Shown piece after piece: positions 10,549 to 21,980 of a stretch of DNA of 64,000 nt. Position 1 is the stretch's first letter; every line of letters starts with the position of its first letter. The notes below the pieces were generated by a model. The model was not told the origin of the DNA and did no database searches. It worked only from the letters and a program-made list of their open reading frames with translations. A program made the position numbers and the translations under genes. The stretch is from Escherichia phage vB_EcoP_WFI101126, in the sequence record NC_070991.1; one strand, written 5' to 3'.

Positions 10549-11167
10549 ACAAGCTGCTCAGAGTTTTAACTTCAACCCGAAAGAAGTCCGTCTTGCTCAG
10601 AATACAGCTGAAGGTACGGTTGCTAAGCAGTGGGCAGAGAAAGGTGGCTTGTTTAACCAGTCCAATAAAGACTTGGACTTGGCTGATAAAGCTGTTAAGG
10701 ACAAAGATTATCAGACGGCCCGTTCTGCTTACATGCAGGCTATCATGAACTCCGCAAGGGCTGAAATCGGTGCTACTCGTTCTCTTACCGAAGAAGACTT
10801 GGGACACTTTGCAGAAGACCCATCAATCTTCGTTCGTGTTGGTAACAAGTTTGCACTTAAATCTGGATGGCGTCCTACTGATTCTGCTCTTGCTTATGCT
10901 CGTAAGCAGGCTAACGTTGGTCACACCTCTGCAATGAAAGGTGTTGCTGATGCTAAGAGAGCTACGATTGAAGCTTATATCGGTTCTGGTATGGATAAGA
11001 AGAGAGCTACTGCATTGGTCAACCGTGCAATCCCTTCTGGTGGTTTCTATGACCCTCTAGGTGTTTTCTCTGAACAAGCGGAGGAAGCAGTTGGTGGTGC
11101 AGCAACCAATCCTAAGCTTAATGGTGCTTTATCGGCTGTAGAAGATACTAGCTGGTTCACGCAATAA
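10457..11167 (+). pseudogene. 3' portion of the same virion protein gene, out of frame because of the duplication
   Basis: Peptide AEQAAQSFNFNPKEVRLAQNTAEG continues the upstream ORF once one repeat copy is removed; no RBS of its own. Confidence 0.4.
10487..10596 (+). repeat. perfect 55-bp tandem direct duplication (2 copies)
   Basis: 10487-10541 and 10542-10596 are identical; 55 is not a multiple of 3, so frame shifts. Confidence 0.95.
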
Positions 11168-11187
11168 GACCTAAGTCCTGCCTTCTA

Positions 11188-11196
11188 TAATGTATA
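11188..11196 (+). promoter_or_regulatory. phage-type promoter motif TAATGTATA
   Basis: Exact 9-mer 38 nt upstream of ATG 11235; same motif recurs upstream of other genes. Confidence 0.5.
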
Positions 11197-11234
11197 TAGG
11201 GGGTAGGACATTTTTATTTATAAAAGGAGACGTT

Positions 11235-14200
11235 ATGGCTAACATTAAACCGTGGGAAGAAGCTTCCAAAGCTCCTGCGTATCTGAATGCCTCTCCGGAG
11301 CAACAAGCTCAAATGAGAGAACAATATAAGGCAGCAGGTGGCTCTATTCCTGAGGAACAACCAGTAGCACAACCACAACAAGAAGAACGTGGTGCTATAG
11401 GTGAGTTTGCTCAAGGTGTGTCAAATGCTCTTCAATCTGGTGGTGCAAATATTGCAGCTAGTGCTGCTAAAGGTATTGGTGGTTTAGTTGAGATTGGTGA
11501 GAATCTAGCTGGAACACAAACTAGTTATGGTAAGCGTATCCAAGAGAACTCTCAGAACCTTCTGAAAGAACGTATGGATAAGATTGAGGATGGGGTTGGT
11601 AAAACTGTTGGTCAGTATGCTGGCGTTGCTGGTGATATTGGTATGACTGTTGCTAATCCATTGGCTGCTGCTGCTATCATCGCAGGTCGTGAGACAGGTC
11701 GTGCGTATGCAGACCAAACACCTGAAGAGGGAGAAGATAAATCTATTCTAGATGCGGCCTTAGTTGGTGGTGCTAACTATGCGGCTCAGAGAATCCTTCC
11801 GGGTGCTGTTGGTACAGCTGAGTCCACACTTGGACGTATCGGTCAGAACGTTGCTAGTAACGCAGTGGCTGGTGCTAAAGGTGGCGCTCTTGTAGGTGCT
11901 GCTGAAGCTCAGAACAAGCATGGAGATGATACAACCTTTGCTAATGTATTAGAGGGTGCTATCGAAGAAGGTGCTATGGGTGCTGCATTTGGTGGTGCAG
12001 TTGGTGGGGTTCATGGTTTGATTAGCCGTCCAGACTCTGCTGTCTTCAAGAATACTCCAGAGTATGCGAAGACTGATATTGCTGCTGATGACGAACTAAT
12101 TCGCAGTGCTAAGAATATTGATGAATTGAAAGAAGCCTACTCTAAAGCTGAAACTGCTAACGCTGCTTCTGCTCTGAATCTTCTGGATGAGAATGGATTC
12201 CGTATTACAGATGCTGTTGCTGTAGATTCTCCTGCTGCTCAGCGTATTCTCAATACTGACCAAGCTCGCGCTGAGAAAGCTGCTTCCATTCAGAAAGAAC
12301 ATTCCAACATTCCGGGCCTTAACCCTTTAGCTTCTCCTGCTAAGACTCGTGGTAAAGCATTCGCTGATAACGAGCACAACCAGAAGCAGGCTGTTGCTAT
12401 GAAGGATGCAATGGCTGATTACACCAAAGACAACACGAAAGCTCTTACAGATGTTCTAGATAATCTAGACCGTGAATTAACATCTCTCCGAGCTTCTGGT
12501 GATTTTACTGGTAGTCCGATTGATATTAAGAATCGTACACAAGCCGACCGTGACTTCATTGATGCTTACAAGACTTTCTACAACGAAGCAAATCGATTCA
12601 AAGCTCGTGATGGTGAAGACTTTAATAACTTTGTAGAGAAAGCTGCTGAACTACAGAAGATGGCTGATAATGTTTCTCCAGAGATGAAGAAAGCTATTGG
12701 TGGGTTGAAGAAACTGAAAGGTATGCCTGAAGGTTTTAATCCTATCCAAGATGCTTACACTCTGAACAATACAGCTAAGTTCATGAGCAACCAAGATCGT
12801 GGTTGGACTTCCCTGACTGATGATGGATTCCGTGAGGCTTCTTCACCTAGTCTGGTAATGAACACTCTTGGTGCTGCTAAGTATGCTCTGAATCGCTTCT
12901 CTTCTCAGCGTGCTCGCTCTCAACGTGTTAAGCAACAAGAGTCTAACAGTGAAGCTATCCGCTCTCTTGCTCGTGGTGATTTGGAAGTTGCTCGTGCTAA
13001 ATCTACTGCCGAGGAAGCTCGTGCTAGGATGGAAGAAGAACCAGTTGTTGATGACATTAAATTTAAGACGCAAAATGACGTAGAAACCGAACCGGTTCGG
13101 GAGCCTTCTTCTAGTACTGTGACGGAAGAAAATCTTCCTTCTTCTGCTCCTCAAGAAACTCCTCTTACAGCTCGTGATTTAGTTGCTCAAAGACGTGCTA
13201 TCCGTCAGGCTGAACAGCGTCGCGCTGAAGAAGAGGCATTGGCTGCTCAAGAAGCTCCGGTCGAACAAGCTCCACAGGCTGAACCTCTCCCTGCTCGTAA
13301 CCCTTTAGAGGAACGTCGTGCAATGGAACAGCAACGTGCTCAAGAAGAGGCCGCACAGGCTCCAGAACCCACCGTAGAGGAACCAACAGTCAAAGCTGAG
13401 CCATTACCTGCCCGTGCTCCTAAAGCTCCTAAGGAGGCTGTACAGGACGTTAAACCGGCAAGTGGTGTAGAACGTTTAGCTGCTATGTCTAGTGCTGCTC
13501 GTCAGGCTACCAAAGATCGTGCAGAACGTTTTGCTCGTTCTCTGTACTCTAAGGCTGCTAAGGCTAAAGCTACTGCTGAAAACTTCTTGGCTTATAAAGG
13601 TGATCCTAAGGAATTGATGCGTCGTATTCGTCAGGAAGATAATGCTATCAACACTGAACGTCATGAAGAAATGGCTCGTAACCAGCTGGCTTCTCAGCAA
13701 GGTATTGCTACTGCTAAGAACAACACTGTACGAACTAATTTTGCTGAATGGGTTAAAGAACGTGGTCTGCCAGAAGACATTGCTACTAAGGCATTACGTG
13801 CTGAAGAGAAAGGTTTAGGTGGGAACGTAACTAACTTGGATAGTCTGAAACGTCGTGCTGAAAGGTTGTATCAGAAGCAGCGTGAGGATGAGTTTGATAG
13901 ACTGTACCAACAAGCTCTAGAAGAGAATAAAGCTTTCGATAACAAGAATGCTCCTAAGCTGGCTGACCAGAAGAAAGAGCTTCAGTCTGAGATTGATGCT
14001 TTGATTGATTCAGAACCTTTACGTCCTGCTCAGAAAGATGCTATGCGTAAGCTGATGAATGATTTTGTAGATGGGAAGTTTAAATCTTCAGAGAAGGCTG
14101 GTAGGGAAGAGGCTTTGGAAGTTGGTCAGATGAAGGATATTTGGGATGGGTTTATTAATACCTATAACAGAGAGGTGAATGCCTTCAACAAAGCTAACAA

Positions 14201-15656
14201 GAACTCTCAGTACGAAGCTGCTGCTAAGCATTTACAGGCTCGTGAAGAACGTCTTGCTACACTCAGGAAAAAGGCTCAGGCTCGTTCGGATGCTAAAGCT
14301 GCTGTTGAGAATGAACGTAAAACTCTAGAGGCTATTGCAGCTCAGAAGAGTGAGATTGAGAAGATGATGGAGGGTTTACCTAAACCTGTTCGTGAGGCTC
14401 AGGAATCTCGTACACTGAAACAGTTGGCTGCTCACCACGATAAGAACTCTCCAGTTCCTCCAGAGAAGTTCCGTAGTTATATTGAACGTATTCACAACGC
14501 CGAGTCAGATTACCTTGATCGTCAGCGTCGTTTAACTGATGCAGAGGAAGATGCTCGTCAGGCTAAGTGGAATAAGATGTATGAGCAAGCGGAAGAGATG
14601 AACCGTAAGTTTGATGTGGACAAGAGAGTTAAGCGCAGTGAAGAGCTTAAAGCGGCCCAAGAACGTGAGAATGACCTTATGGCAGTACAACGTCAACGTG
14701 ATGACATTCATCGCCGCCTGATGCGTACTATGGAAGATAAGGGCATATCTAGAGAGGATGCTGAAGCGTTTGCTGGTTCCTACATGGATAACCGTTATGC
14801 ACTTCTCGAGAAGCCTATGACTCCAACTGAACATCAGAATGCTCGCTCTCGTATTGAAGCTGATGTTGAGAAGTTCGCTAAGAAGTATGAATCAATGACT
14901 CCTATCGAGAAAGAGATTGTTAAGGTTACTGGAGATACTGAAGGTAAGCTTGATAACTTGGATGCGGATACTAGGAAGGCTATTGAGGAGGCTCAGAAGG
15001 TTGACTCTGATATTAAGAAACTGCAAGAGGAAGAGATGGAGATGGAGAAGATTCGTTCTGCTCTGCCTGATGATGAAAGATCTCAAGCAAATTCTGATAT
15101 CTTGGAAAGCATTAAACAACAGGAAGAGGTCTTTGCTGATAAAGTAGAGAAAGCTTTCTTGAGTGGGAAAAGCTTGGATGAGTTGGTTAGTGTGGCTGAA
15201 GTTTTAGACAGGGTTCATGGTGCAGATAAGGCTGGTAACAACCGTCGCTTTGTACGTGCATTGCAGACTGCTGCTGAAAACAAGAAGAAGTATGGTGATA
15301 ATCCAGTAGCTTGGTTTAGTGCTGATGATTACTCTGCCATTGCTAAACTTGGTGCTTCTTCCGCAGGTGGTAACAAATCCAGAGCACTGGAGAAGATCTT
15401 TGGTTCTACAGCTGAACAGGCTAAGAGTAAGTTGCTTGGTAGGGATGATGTAGCGAAGATGAGACGTGTGATTGAAGAAAACCCTGATATCAAGATTCCT
15501 TCTTACAAGACAACGAATCGTACTGAGTACTTGCAGTTCTTGGAGAAGTTTAATGACGAAGGGAAGCCGAAGATTAAACGTGGCTCATTGTCAGAGAAGC
15601 TTGAACGCAGTAAGCGTCAATCGAGACTCCGTGTAAGAGTTCGACCTAAGGAGTGA
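11235..15656 (+). CDS. large (about 1470 aa) internal virion / injection protein, Ala/Glu/Lys/Arg-rich
   Basis: ATG 5 nt after AAAGGAGA; long helical low-complexity protein at end of late block; track start 11190 lacks RBS. Confidence 0.6.
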   Translation: MANIKPWEEASKAPAYLNASPEQQAQMREQYKAAGGSIPEEQPVAQPQQEERGAIGEFAQGVSNALQSGGANIAASAAKGIGGLVEIGENLAGTQTSYGKRIQENSQNLLKERMDKIEDGVGKTVGQYAGVAGDIGMTVANPLAAAAIIAGRETGRAYADQTPEEGEDKSILDAALVGGANYAAQRILPGAVGTAESTLGRIGQNVASNAVAGAKGGALVGAAEAQNKHGDDTTFANVLEGAIEEGAMGAAFGGAVGGVHGLISRPDSAVFKNTPEYAKTDIAADDELIRSAKNIDELKEAYSKAETANAASALNLLDENGFRITDAVAVDSPAAQRILNTDQARAEKAASIQKEHSNIPGLNPLASPAKTRGKAFADNEHNQKQAVAMKDAMADYTKDNTKALTDVLDNLDRELTSLRASGDFTGSPIDIKNRTQADRDFIDAYKTFYNEANRFKARDGEDFNNFVEKAAELQKMADNVSPEMKKAIGGLKKLKGMPEGFNPIQDAYTLNNTAKFMSNQDRGWTSLTDDGFREASSPSLVMNTLGAAKYALNRFSSQRARSQRVKQQESNSEAIRSLARGDLEVARAKSTAEEARARMEEEPVVDDIKFKTQNDVETEPVREPSSSTVTEENLPSSAPQETPLTARDLVAQRRAIRQAEQRRAEEEALAAQEAPVEQAPQAEPLPARNPLEERRAMEQQRAQEEAAQAPEPTVEEPTVKAEPLPARAPKAPKEAVQDVKPASGVERLAAMSSAARQATKDRAERFARSLYSKAAKAKATAENFLAYKGDPKELMRRIRQEDNAINTERHEEMARNQLASQQGIATAKNNTVRTNFAEWVKERGLPEDIATKALRAEEKGLGGNVTNLDSLKRRAERLYQKQREDEFDRLYQQALEENKAFDNKNAPKLADQKKELQSEIDALIDSEPLRPAQKDAMRKLMNDFVDGKFKSSEKAGREEALEVGQMKDIWDGFINTYNREVNAFNKANKNSQYEAAAKHLQAREERLATLRKKAQARSDAKAAVENERKTLEAIAAQKSEIEKMMEGLPKPVREAQESRTLKQLAAHHDKNSPVPPEKFRSYIERIHNAESDYLDRQRRLTDAEEDARQAKWNKMYEQAEEMNRKFDVDKRVKRSEELKAAQERENDLMAVQRQRDDIHRRLMRTMEDKGISREDAEAFAGSYMDNRYALLEKPMTPTEHQNARSRIEADVEKFAKKYESMTPIEKEIVKVTGDTEGKLDNLDADTRKAIEEAQKVDSDIKKLQEEEMEMEKIRSALPDDERSQANSDILESIKQQEEVFADKVEKAFLSGKSLDELVSVAEVLDRVHGADKAGNNRRFVRALQTAAENKKKYGDNPVAWFSADDYSAIAKLGASSAGGNKSRALEKIFGSTAEQAKSKLLGRDDVAKMRRVIEENPDIKIPSYKTTNRTEYLQFLEKFNDEGKPKIKRGSLSEKLERSKRQSRLRVRVRPKE

Positions 15657-15664
15657 TAAAAGAA

Positions 15665-15699
15665 AAGCCCCAACCGAAAGGAAGGGGCTTTATTTGTTT
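15665..15699. terminator. bidirectional intrinsic terminator at convergence of + and - blocks
   Basis: AAGCCCC-n12-GGGGCTT hairpin flanked by T-runs on both strands. Confidence 0.7.
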
Positions 15700-15846
15700 C
15701 TAAGTTTTAAAAACCATCAAATTCGTCATACATCCCAATTTTCTTCAGAGGTCTGGACGTTCATCTTCAAAGCACCCTGAGATTCCTCCGTAGAACCAAT
15801 CTGATTTACTTCCAAGAATAACAACCTATTCATTCATATAACCCCC

Positions 15847-16008
15847 TTAGATTGTGTTTATAAAATTAATAAGCTTCTCTTCACTTTCATCAAAAGCTTT
15901 TCCAGCTGCTTCCATCTCCCAAGTATTGGCATTGTCAATAAAGCTCTGAGCTTCTAATAGATCGTGGATTAAGTCGAAGAGTTTATTTTTATCTGCTTGT
16001 GTGATCAT
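15847..16008 (-). CDS. small hypothetical protein (53 aa)
   Basis: ATG with AGGAA upstream, acidic helical product; below track size cutoff. Confidence 0.3.
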   Translation of the reverse strand: MITQADKNKLFDLIHDLLEAQSFIDNANTWEMEAAGKAFDESEEKLINFINTI

Positions 16009-16016
16009 GTCAGTTC

Positions 16017-16244
16017 CTAGATTAAATCGTAATACTGAATAATGTCAGAGAGTTTGAACTCTCGAATCTCATCTTTCTCTACATCTATCGCTGTCATAAT
16101 CCAACAAGGTTTGCCACCGTTATGAAAACGGGAGCTAGCAACGGAGGTTCGGAGTGGAATAACGGACCGGTCAGCAACCTCGCCTCTCCAATTGCGATAG
16201 CGAAAGCGAAGCACTTGTTGCGTAGATTTTTGATCATCACTCAT
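16017..16244 (-). CDS. hypothetical protein
   Basis: ATG overlaps stop of upstream HNH gene (ATGAGTGATGA), AAGGAA SD. Confidence 0.35.
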   Translation of the reverse strand: MSDDQKSTQQVLRFRYRNWRGEVADRSVIPLRTSVASSRFHNGGKPCWIMTAIDVEKDEIREFKLSDIIQYYDLI

Positions 16245-16638
16245 TTCCTTTTTTGAATTGTTTTCTTGCATCATTCTCTTCTTTTGTTTTAATCTTATGA
16301 CAAGGGTCTTTACACAGAACCTGAAAACCTTCTTTCTCACACAGAGCACGAGAGATGATTTCATCCCAAGTTGCTTCATGGTCAAGAGGAACTATAGGCT
16401 CTATGTGGTCAATAGCCATATCCTTTACAGGGTGGTCAGAACCACACATGGCACACTTAAAGTGCATTGCCAGTCTACCTGTCTTTGGATTAATCTTCTG
16501 CTCTGTCTTGGCGTCTGCTAGTGCATCGAACATGGGCTTCCACTTTCTAGTCAGAGAACGAATCCCTGACTTGATGAAAGAATTATAACGAGCTTCAGTC
16601 CACATTCCACTACAGCGAGTCTTCTCAGACTTCGCCAT
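16237..16638 (-). CDS. HNH endonuclease
   Basis: C..C...AIDHIEP...CH motif arrangement of HNH nucleases. Confidence 0.75.
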   Translation of the reverse strand: MAKSEKTRCSGMWTEARYNSFIKSGIRSLTRKWKPMFDALADAKTEQKINPKTGRLAMHFKCAMCGSDHPVKDMAIDHIEPIVPLDHEATWDEIISRALCEKEGFQVLCKDPCHKIKTKEENDARKQFKKGNE

Positions 16639-16804
16639 AATCAGCTTCTTCCCAAACTCGTTTGTTTACACGATGGCTCACCTTACCCTCACGAGGAATA
16701 CGACCAGTTCTCTGATCAAACAGTTGATGCTTGATCTTTTGATCTTTACGAGATTCACGATTGGAAGAGTTTTCATCATATGAACGATAATCAAATTTAC
16801 CCAT
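16625..16804 (-). CDS. small basic hypothetical protein (59 aa)
   Basis: ORF between 5'-3' exonuclease and HNH genes, overlaps HNH start. Confidence 0.3.
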   Translation of the reverse strand: MGKFDYRSYDENSSNRESRKDQKIKHQLFDQRTGRIPREGKVSHRVNKRVWEEADYGEV

Positions 16805-16817
16805 TATAATATCCTTA

Positions 16818-17636
16818 TTACCAAGATTTATCTAACCATGTCCAGTCGAACAGGTCTTCCGGAGTCTGACCAACAAAGAGCAGACGAGCATTCTCAAGCA
16901 TCTTCTCTTCATCTTCAGTATCGAACTTCTTATAATATTCCATTCGTACTATATGATACATGGTCCACTTATCTGTAACACCAGCTAGTAATTTAGCTGC
17001 TGCCTTCTTCCCTATGCCTTGACGTCGAAGCTGAAGCTTACCGCCCCACATAACCTCTTTACGTTCCCCACATCCGGGGATATTATCCGTACCGTCTCCA
17101 ATCAACATTTGATAGAAGAAATTTTGCCATGAAACTAAATCGGATACGTAGTGAGGGGGAACCTCTTTTTGCCTTTCTCCACAAGCCCAACGATAATGCC
17201 ATCCGGGAGTTATCAACAAATCTTTGTCTCTAGTACAGATGATAGTGTTCTTATCCCTACGTTGCCTTTCAGCTAGTGCATCATCAGCCTCTCTCCCAAA
17301 TACATCTATGTATTCATATTTACCTTTAATGTAATCACCAACGTTTTGCCAGTGAAAAGGTCTTTCTCCGGGAGGTCTGTTTGCCTTGTAGTCTTGCTGT
17401 TTAGCAACATCGAAACGGAAGTTACCACCTTCGCTGAAGTAGAACACGATCTTGCTACAACCCGAGCGAGCTATGATTGTATCAATCTTATACTGAAGTC
17501 GTTCAATCATGAAATTGTAATCAACTGGAACACGTCCTGTGTCAAGGAAGGGATGCTCCTGAGTAAGAGCACCTACTTCATATCGAAGAACGTCAGCATC
17601 CACTATAGCTACTTCAGGGAGCTTAACGTCTTCCAT
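16818..17636 (-). CDS. 5'-3' exonuclease / flap endonuclease (FEN-like)
   Basis: N-terminal VAIVDADVLRY, GREADD and DKDLL motifs as in Pol I 5' nuclease / T5 D15 family. Confidence 0.65.
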   Translation of the reverse strand: MEDVKLPEVAIVDADVLRYEVGALTQEHPFLDTGRVPVDYNFMIERLQYKIDTIIARSGCSKIVFYFSEGGNFRFDVAKQQDYKANRPPGERPFHWQNVGDYIKGKYEYIDVFGREADDALAERQRRDKNTIICTRDKDLLITPGWHYRWACGERQKEVPPHYVSDLVSWQNFFYQMLIGDGTDNIPGCGERKEVMWGGKLQLRRQGIGKKAAAKLLAGVTDKWTMYHIVRMEYYKKFDTEDEEKMLENARLLFVGQTPEDLFDWTWLDKSW

Positions 17637-17637
17637 A

Positions 17638-18164
17638 TTATTCTCCTAACAGCTTACGTATTCCATTGCGGAAATTATCGTACTCTTCAGGGTATTCAAA
17701 CCCACACTCAAGAAGAGCATAGTGAACAACCTTCAACAAATCCTGAACCTTATTCTTATCTTTGTGTCGATAAGCATATTTGATCATATTGGTTTGTTGG
17801 AAGTTCAACTGTGGGTTTGCATGATAAAACTCAATAGGTTGAATGATTTTAGATTCCGGGTTATAGTGTGCACCGCCAACCATAGTGTCTAAAGCTGGAC
17901 TTCTTTTGCTGGTTTGTTTAGTTGTGGACTTAAAACTGACCACAGGAACAGAAGAGTAAACTATATACTCTTCCCCTACTGGTGGTTTTATTCTTAGTCC
18001 GCGCATGGCATATTCAATCTTCGTGTCAGTGGAACCTGAAGCAATCTCTTCAACAGACTTGCGATAGCTGTCAATAACTGCCCGTAGCATAGAGATTGTT
18101 TTGGTCATATCTTTTACTTTCTCATTAAGTACAACAACCTCTGATTCTTTGAAATCAAACAAAT

Positions 18165-18174
<10 letters not shown>
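17638..18174 (-). CDS. hypothetical protein, C-terminal DUF3310-like region (tentative)
   Basis: GGAHY...QPIEF...IKYAYR pattern recalled from phage DUF3310; unverified. Confidence 0.3.
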
Positions 18175-19458
<1,284 letters not shown>

Positions 19459-19704
19459 AATGCATCTCTTTATAAACAGTTTCCGTGTTCTTCTTCCAGT
19501 TAGATAAACCGGTAAGAACTCTCTGAGCAACTTCATCAGCTGCCCTACTTCTTTCAATCTCTAACTCTTGTTGATGCTTTTCTTTATCCAGATTGTTACT
19601 GTCTGTTCTGTACTCATTAAACTTCATGCCACCAAAGAATACAAGAGCTGAAAAGATAACAAATCCTAGATTATCACTTAAAGTGCTTTGCATATTGACT
19701 CCAA

Positions 19705-19730
19705 CGAAAAAAGCCACCCGGAGGTGGCTA
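19705..19730 (-). terminator. intrinsic terminator upstream of spanin-sigma genes
   Basis: AGCCACC-cgga-GGTGGCT hairpin, then T5 on - strand. Confidence 0.5.
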
Positions 19731-19751
19731 AGCTATAACAAGGAGAGTTAT

Positions 19752-20165
19752 TTATATGAATTTCTGCATACCTTTGATACGAGGGTTATCATCACCAACT
19801 CTCGATTTACAGTAAGCGATAAAAGATTCAGTATTGAGGTTATCCTTTTGAGAACCCCACTGGAGATTGTCTGCTCTATTGTTGCTCGGATTATCATCCA
19901 GATGCATAACAACAGCGTTAGGAAAAGGTTTCTCACCATGAAAAATCTCACACACTAAGATATGAATCCTTTTCTTAAACTTTCTTTTCCTGTTTACAAA
20001 CACCATTCTTCCATCTTTCTCTCTATATCCGCTATATGGTTTTCCTACGAAAAGCCTAACTCCACCATTATTCGTTATGGCTGTGAAAGGCTTAATCTTA
20101 ACTCTACCAAAAGATGATACGGAAAGGAAATCATAATAGGGGTGATCTTTCCAGACTTCTTCCAC
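19752..20165 (-). CDS. HNH homing endonuclease
   Basis: HLDDNPSNNRADNLQWGSQKDN HNH core. Confidence 0.7.
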   Translation of the reverse strand: MEEVWKDHPYYDFLSVSSFGRVKIKPFTAITNNGGVRLFVGKPYSGYREKDGRMVFVNRKRKFKKRIHILVCEIFHGEKPFPNAVVMHLDDNPSNNRADNLQWGSQKDNLNTESFIAYCKSRVGDDNPRIKGMQKFI

Positions 20166-20174
20166 TATCTATCC

Positions 20175-20921
20175 TCAAAATGGGCTATCGTTGTCGTCTT
20201 CGTAAGTAGAGGCAGGCTCTTTATCAATCGTAGGGATTGAAGGAGTAGCTTCTTTCTGCTCTGTTTCAGAAGCACGAGTAATTTCACGACCAGCCAGAGG
20301 CATGTTCTTAGCGTCATTAGCTTGAGTAAGCAGGTTGCGCTGGAACGGGAACATCAGTTGATAAGATGCTACGTTCTCATCGGTTTCAGCATACGGTTCG
20401 AAGAATACCAGAGGACTACGAGCTTCACCAACTGCTGCACGATATTTGGTTGGGATTGGAGAAATGGTCTTGATGGAGTTTTTAACTTCACCAGCTTTGT
20501 TAGTATAAGAGTTAACCAGAATGTTAACAGGCTGGCCTAACAGAACATCCTTGAACCAAGACAGATCACCTTTCAGTGCTTGAATACTTGGGTCAATCAT
20601 CTTGCAAAGATCAAGAATACCAGAGTTCTTAGCTCGTGGGTTTACATCATAGCTCTTGAACTGGCAAGCCGGACGTGGTTCTAATGCCTTACCATCGGAA
20701 TCTTTACCAGTAGCATCAACACCAATCAGCTCGAAAGCTAAATCCATACGGAAAGCTGGATTCTTAGGAGTTACTGCTTTGGTCTTCGGGTCAATCCAAG
20801 GGTCACGATTGTGAACACCCAAACCTACTACACGAACGATACGTGCTTCGTACTCACCATCAGGGATTACATCGTAGTTGGATTTACGGGAAGCAGTTGC
20901 GATAGTTGGAATCATAGACAT
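20175..20921 (-). CDS. ssb: single-stranded DNA-binding protein
   Basis: Acidic C-terminal tail ending DDNDSPF (compare SSB DDDIPF); position in replication cluster. Confidence 0.5.
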   Translation of the reverse strand: MSMIPTIATASRKSNYDVIPDGEYEARIVRVVGLGVHNRDPWIDPKTKAVTPKNPAFRMDLAFELIGVDATGKDSDGKALEPRPACQFKSYDVNPRAKNSGILDLCKMIDPSIQALKGDLSWFKDVLLGQPVNILVNSYTNKAGEVKNSIKTISPIPTKYRAAVGEARSPLVFFEPYAETDENVASYQLMFPFQRNLLTQANDAKNMPLAGREITRASETEQKEATPSIPTIDKEPASTYEDDNDSPF

Positions 20922-20980
20922 ATTTTAATTTCCTTATTTAATTTGAAAGATTGTTGCTCTCTTTGAGCGGTTATGTATAG

Positions 20981-20989
20981 TATACATTA
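20981..20989 (-). promoter_or_regulatory. phage-type promoter motif (TAATGTATA on - strand)
   Basis: Exact 9-mer 59 nt upstream of SSB start. Confidence 0.4.
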
Positions 20990-21052
20990 CGCTTATACCG
21001 ATAAGAGTACTATATAATATAAGTATCTTTGGTAGTAGATATAACACACTAG

Positions 21053-21061
21053 TAATGTATA
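21053..21061 (+). promoter_or_regulatory. TAATGTATA motif on + strand (orphan / antisense)
   Basis: Exact 9-mer in 416-bp AT-rich intergenic region; no + strand ORF downstream. Confidence 0.25.
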
Positions 21062-21337
21062 TATTGTATAGCTGATAAAGTTATTGCAGGCTTGTATATT
21101 GGGCAATTCACAGAATCCCTTGCAAGTACCGAAGGGCAGGAGCCACCTGCGAGATAAAAATAGAGAATTAAGGAATCCTTGATTTAGGTTGTAGGGACTC
21201 CTAGGGACTTTGATTCTCTATTTAAAAGAATATTAATTACTTATTACCTAAATAATTAACTAACTTACTTAAACCAAATTCAAGAATAATAGATAAAAAG
21301 ATTATTCCTAAGAAAGCTAAAAAGTAAAGGATATAAG

Positions 21338-21502
21338 TTACCATTCAAGTAAACCTTTAAAGTTAGTTTGTTCTACTATCCTCTGATAACGAAGATTAGA
21401 ATCAGCTTGTTTCTTTAACATCTCATTATATTGATCTCTGATAGAGTCTTTATATACTACAGGTTCTTTAAATAATGAGATCTTGTTCTTTTCTTCTTTC
21501 AT
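21338..21502 (-). CDS. small hypothetical protein
   Basis: Internal Met start chosen to limit overlap with phosphoesterase gene. Confidence 0.3.
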   Translation of the reverse strand: MKEEKNKISLFKEPVVYKDSIRDQYNEMLKKQADSNLRYQRIVEQTNFKGLLEW

Positions 21503-21971
21503 CAAAGACCTTCCTAATCTCTTGCAGAGAAACAGCTTTATAGTTAATTTGCTCCATTGATGTACAGAAATATCTCCAATCATCAATTACATGGTTATGA
21601 GTATGAGCATAAATATTAAACTTCCCTCTCATCTCGTCAGTGTGAATAGGAATATGAGTTACCCAAAACTCTTTATATTTATAATCACCAGAGATTCTAC
21701 GGAATACTTTCATCATATCGGGGAGAAGTTCTAACCTGTCATGGTTCCCCAAGACCAGATGCTTCTCTCCTTTTACTTCAGCGATGATATCAAGGGCATA
21801 CTTTTCAAACACCCAATCACCGGTAAAGAAGATTTTATCACGCTTAGTTACATGATCAAATGCAGCTAGGATTGCTTTGTCATGCTCTTCAATGTTTTTA
21901 AATTGCTTACGAAAACTACAGATGTTGCGATGACCTAAGTGACCATCTCCTGCAAAATAAACTTCAGCCAT
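21468..21971 (-). CDS. metallophosphoesterase (calcineurin-like phosphatase)
   Basis: GDGHLGH, GDW, GNHD and HTHNH metal-ligand motifs in canonical order. Confidence 0.75.
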   Translation of the reverse strand: MAEVYFAGDGHLGHRNICSFRKQFKNIEEHDKAILAAFDHVTKRDKIFFTGDWVFEKYALDIIAEVKGEKHLVLGNHDRLELLPDMMKVFRRISGDYKYKEFWVTHIPIHTDEMRGKFNIYAHTHNHVIDDWRYFCTSMEQINYKAVSLQEIRKVFDERRKEQDLII

Positions 21972-21980
21972 AAAGACCTC

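Noticed and set aside
1012-15147. Many short ORFs antisense to or nested within long late genes (e.g. 1215..1466, 5085..5379, 12843..13154, 14532..14834)
   Set aside because: Fully embedded in long ORFs with strong motifs and lacking RBSs; treated as frame noise.
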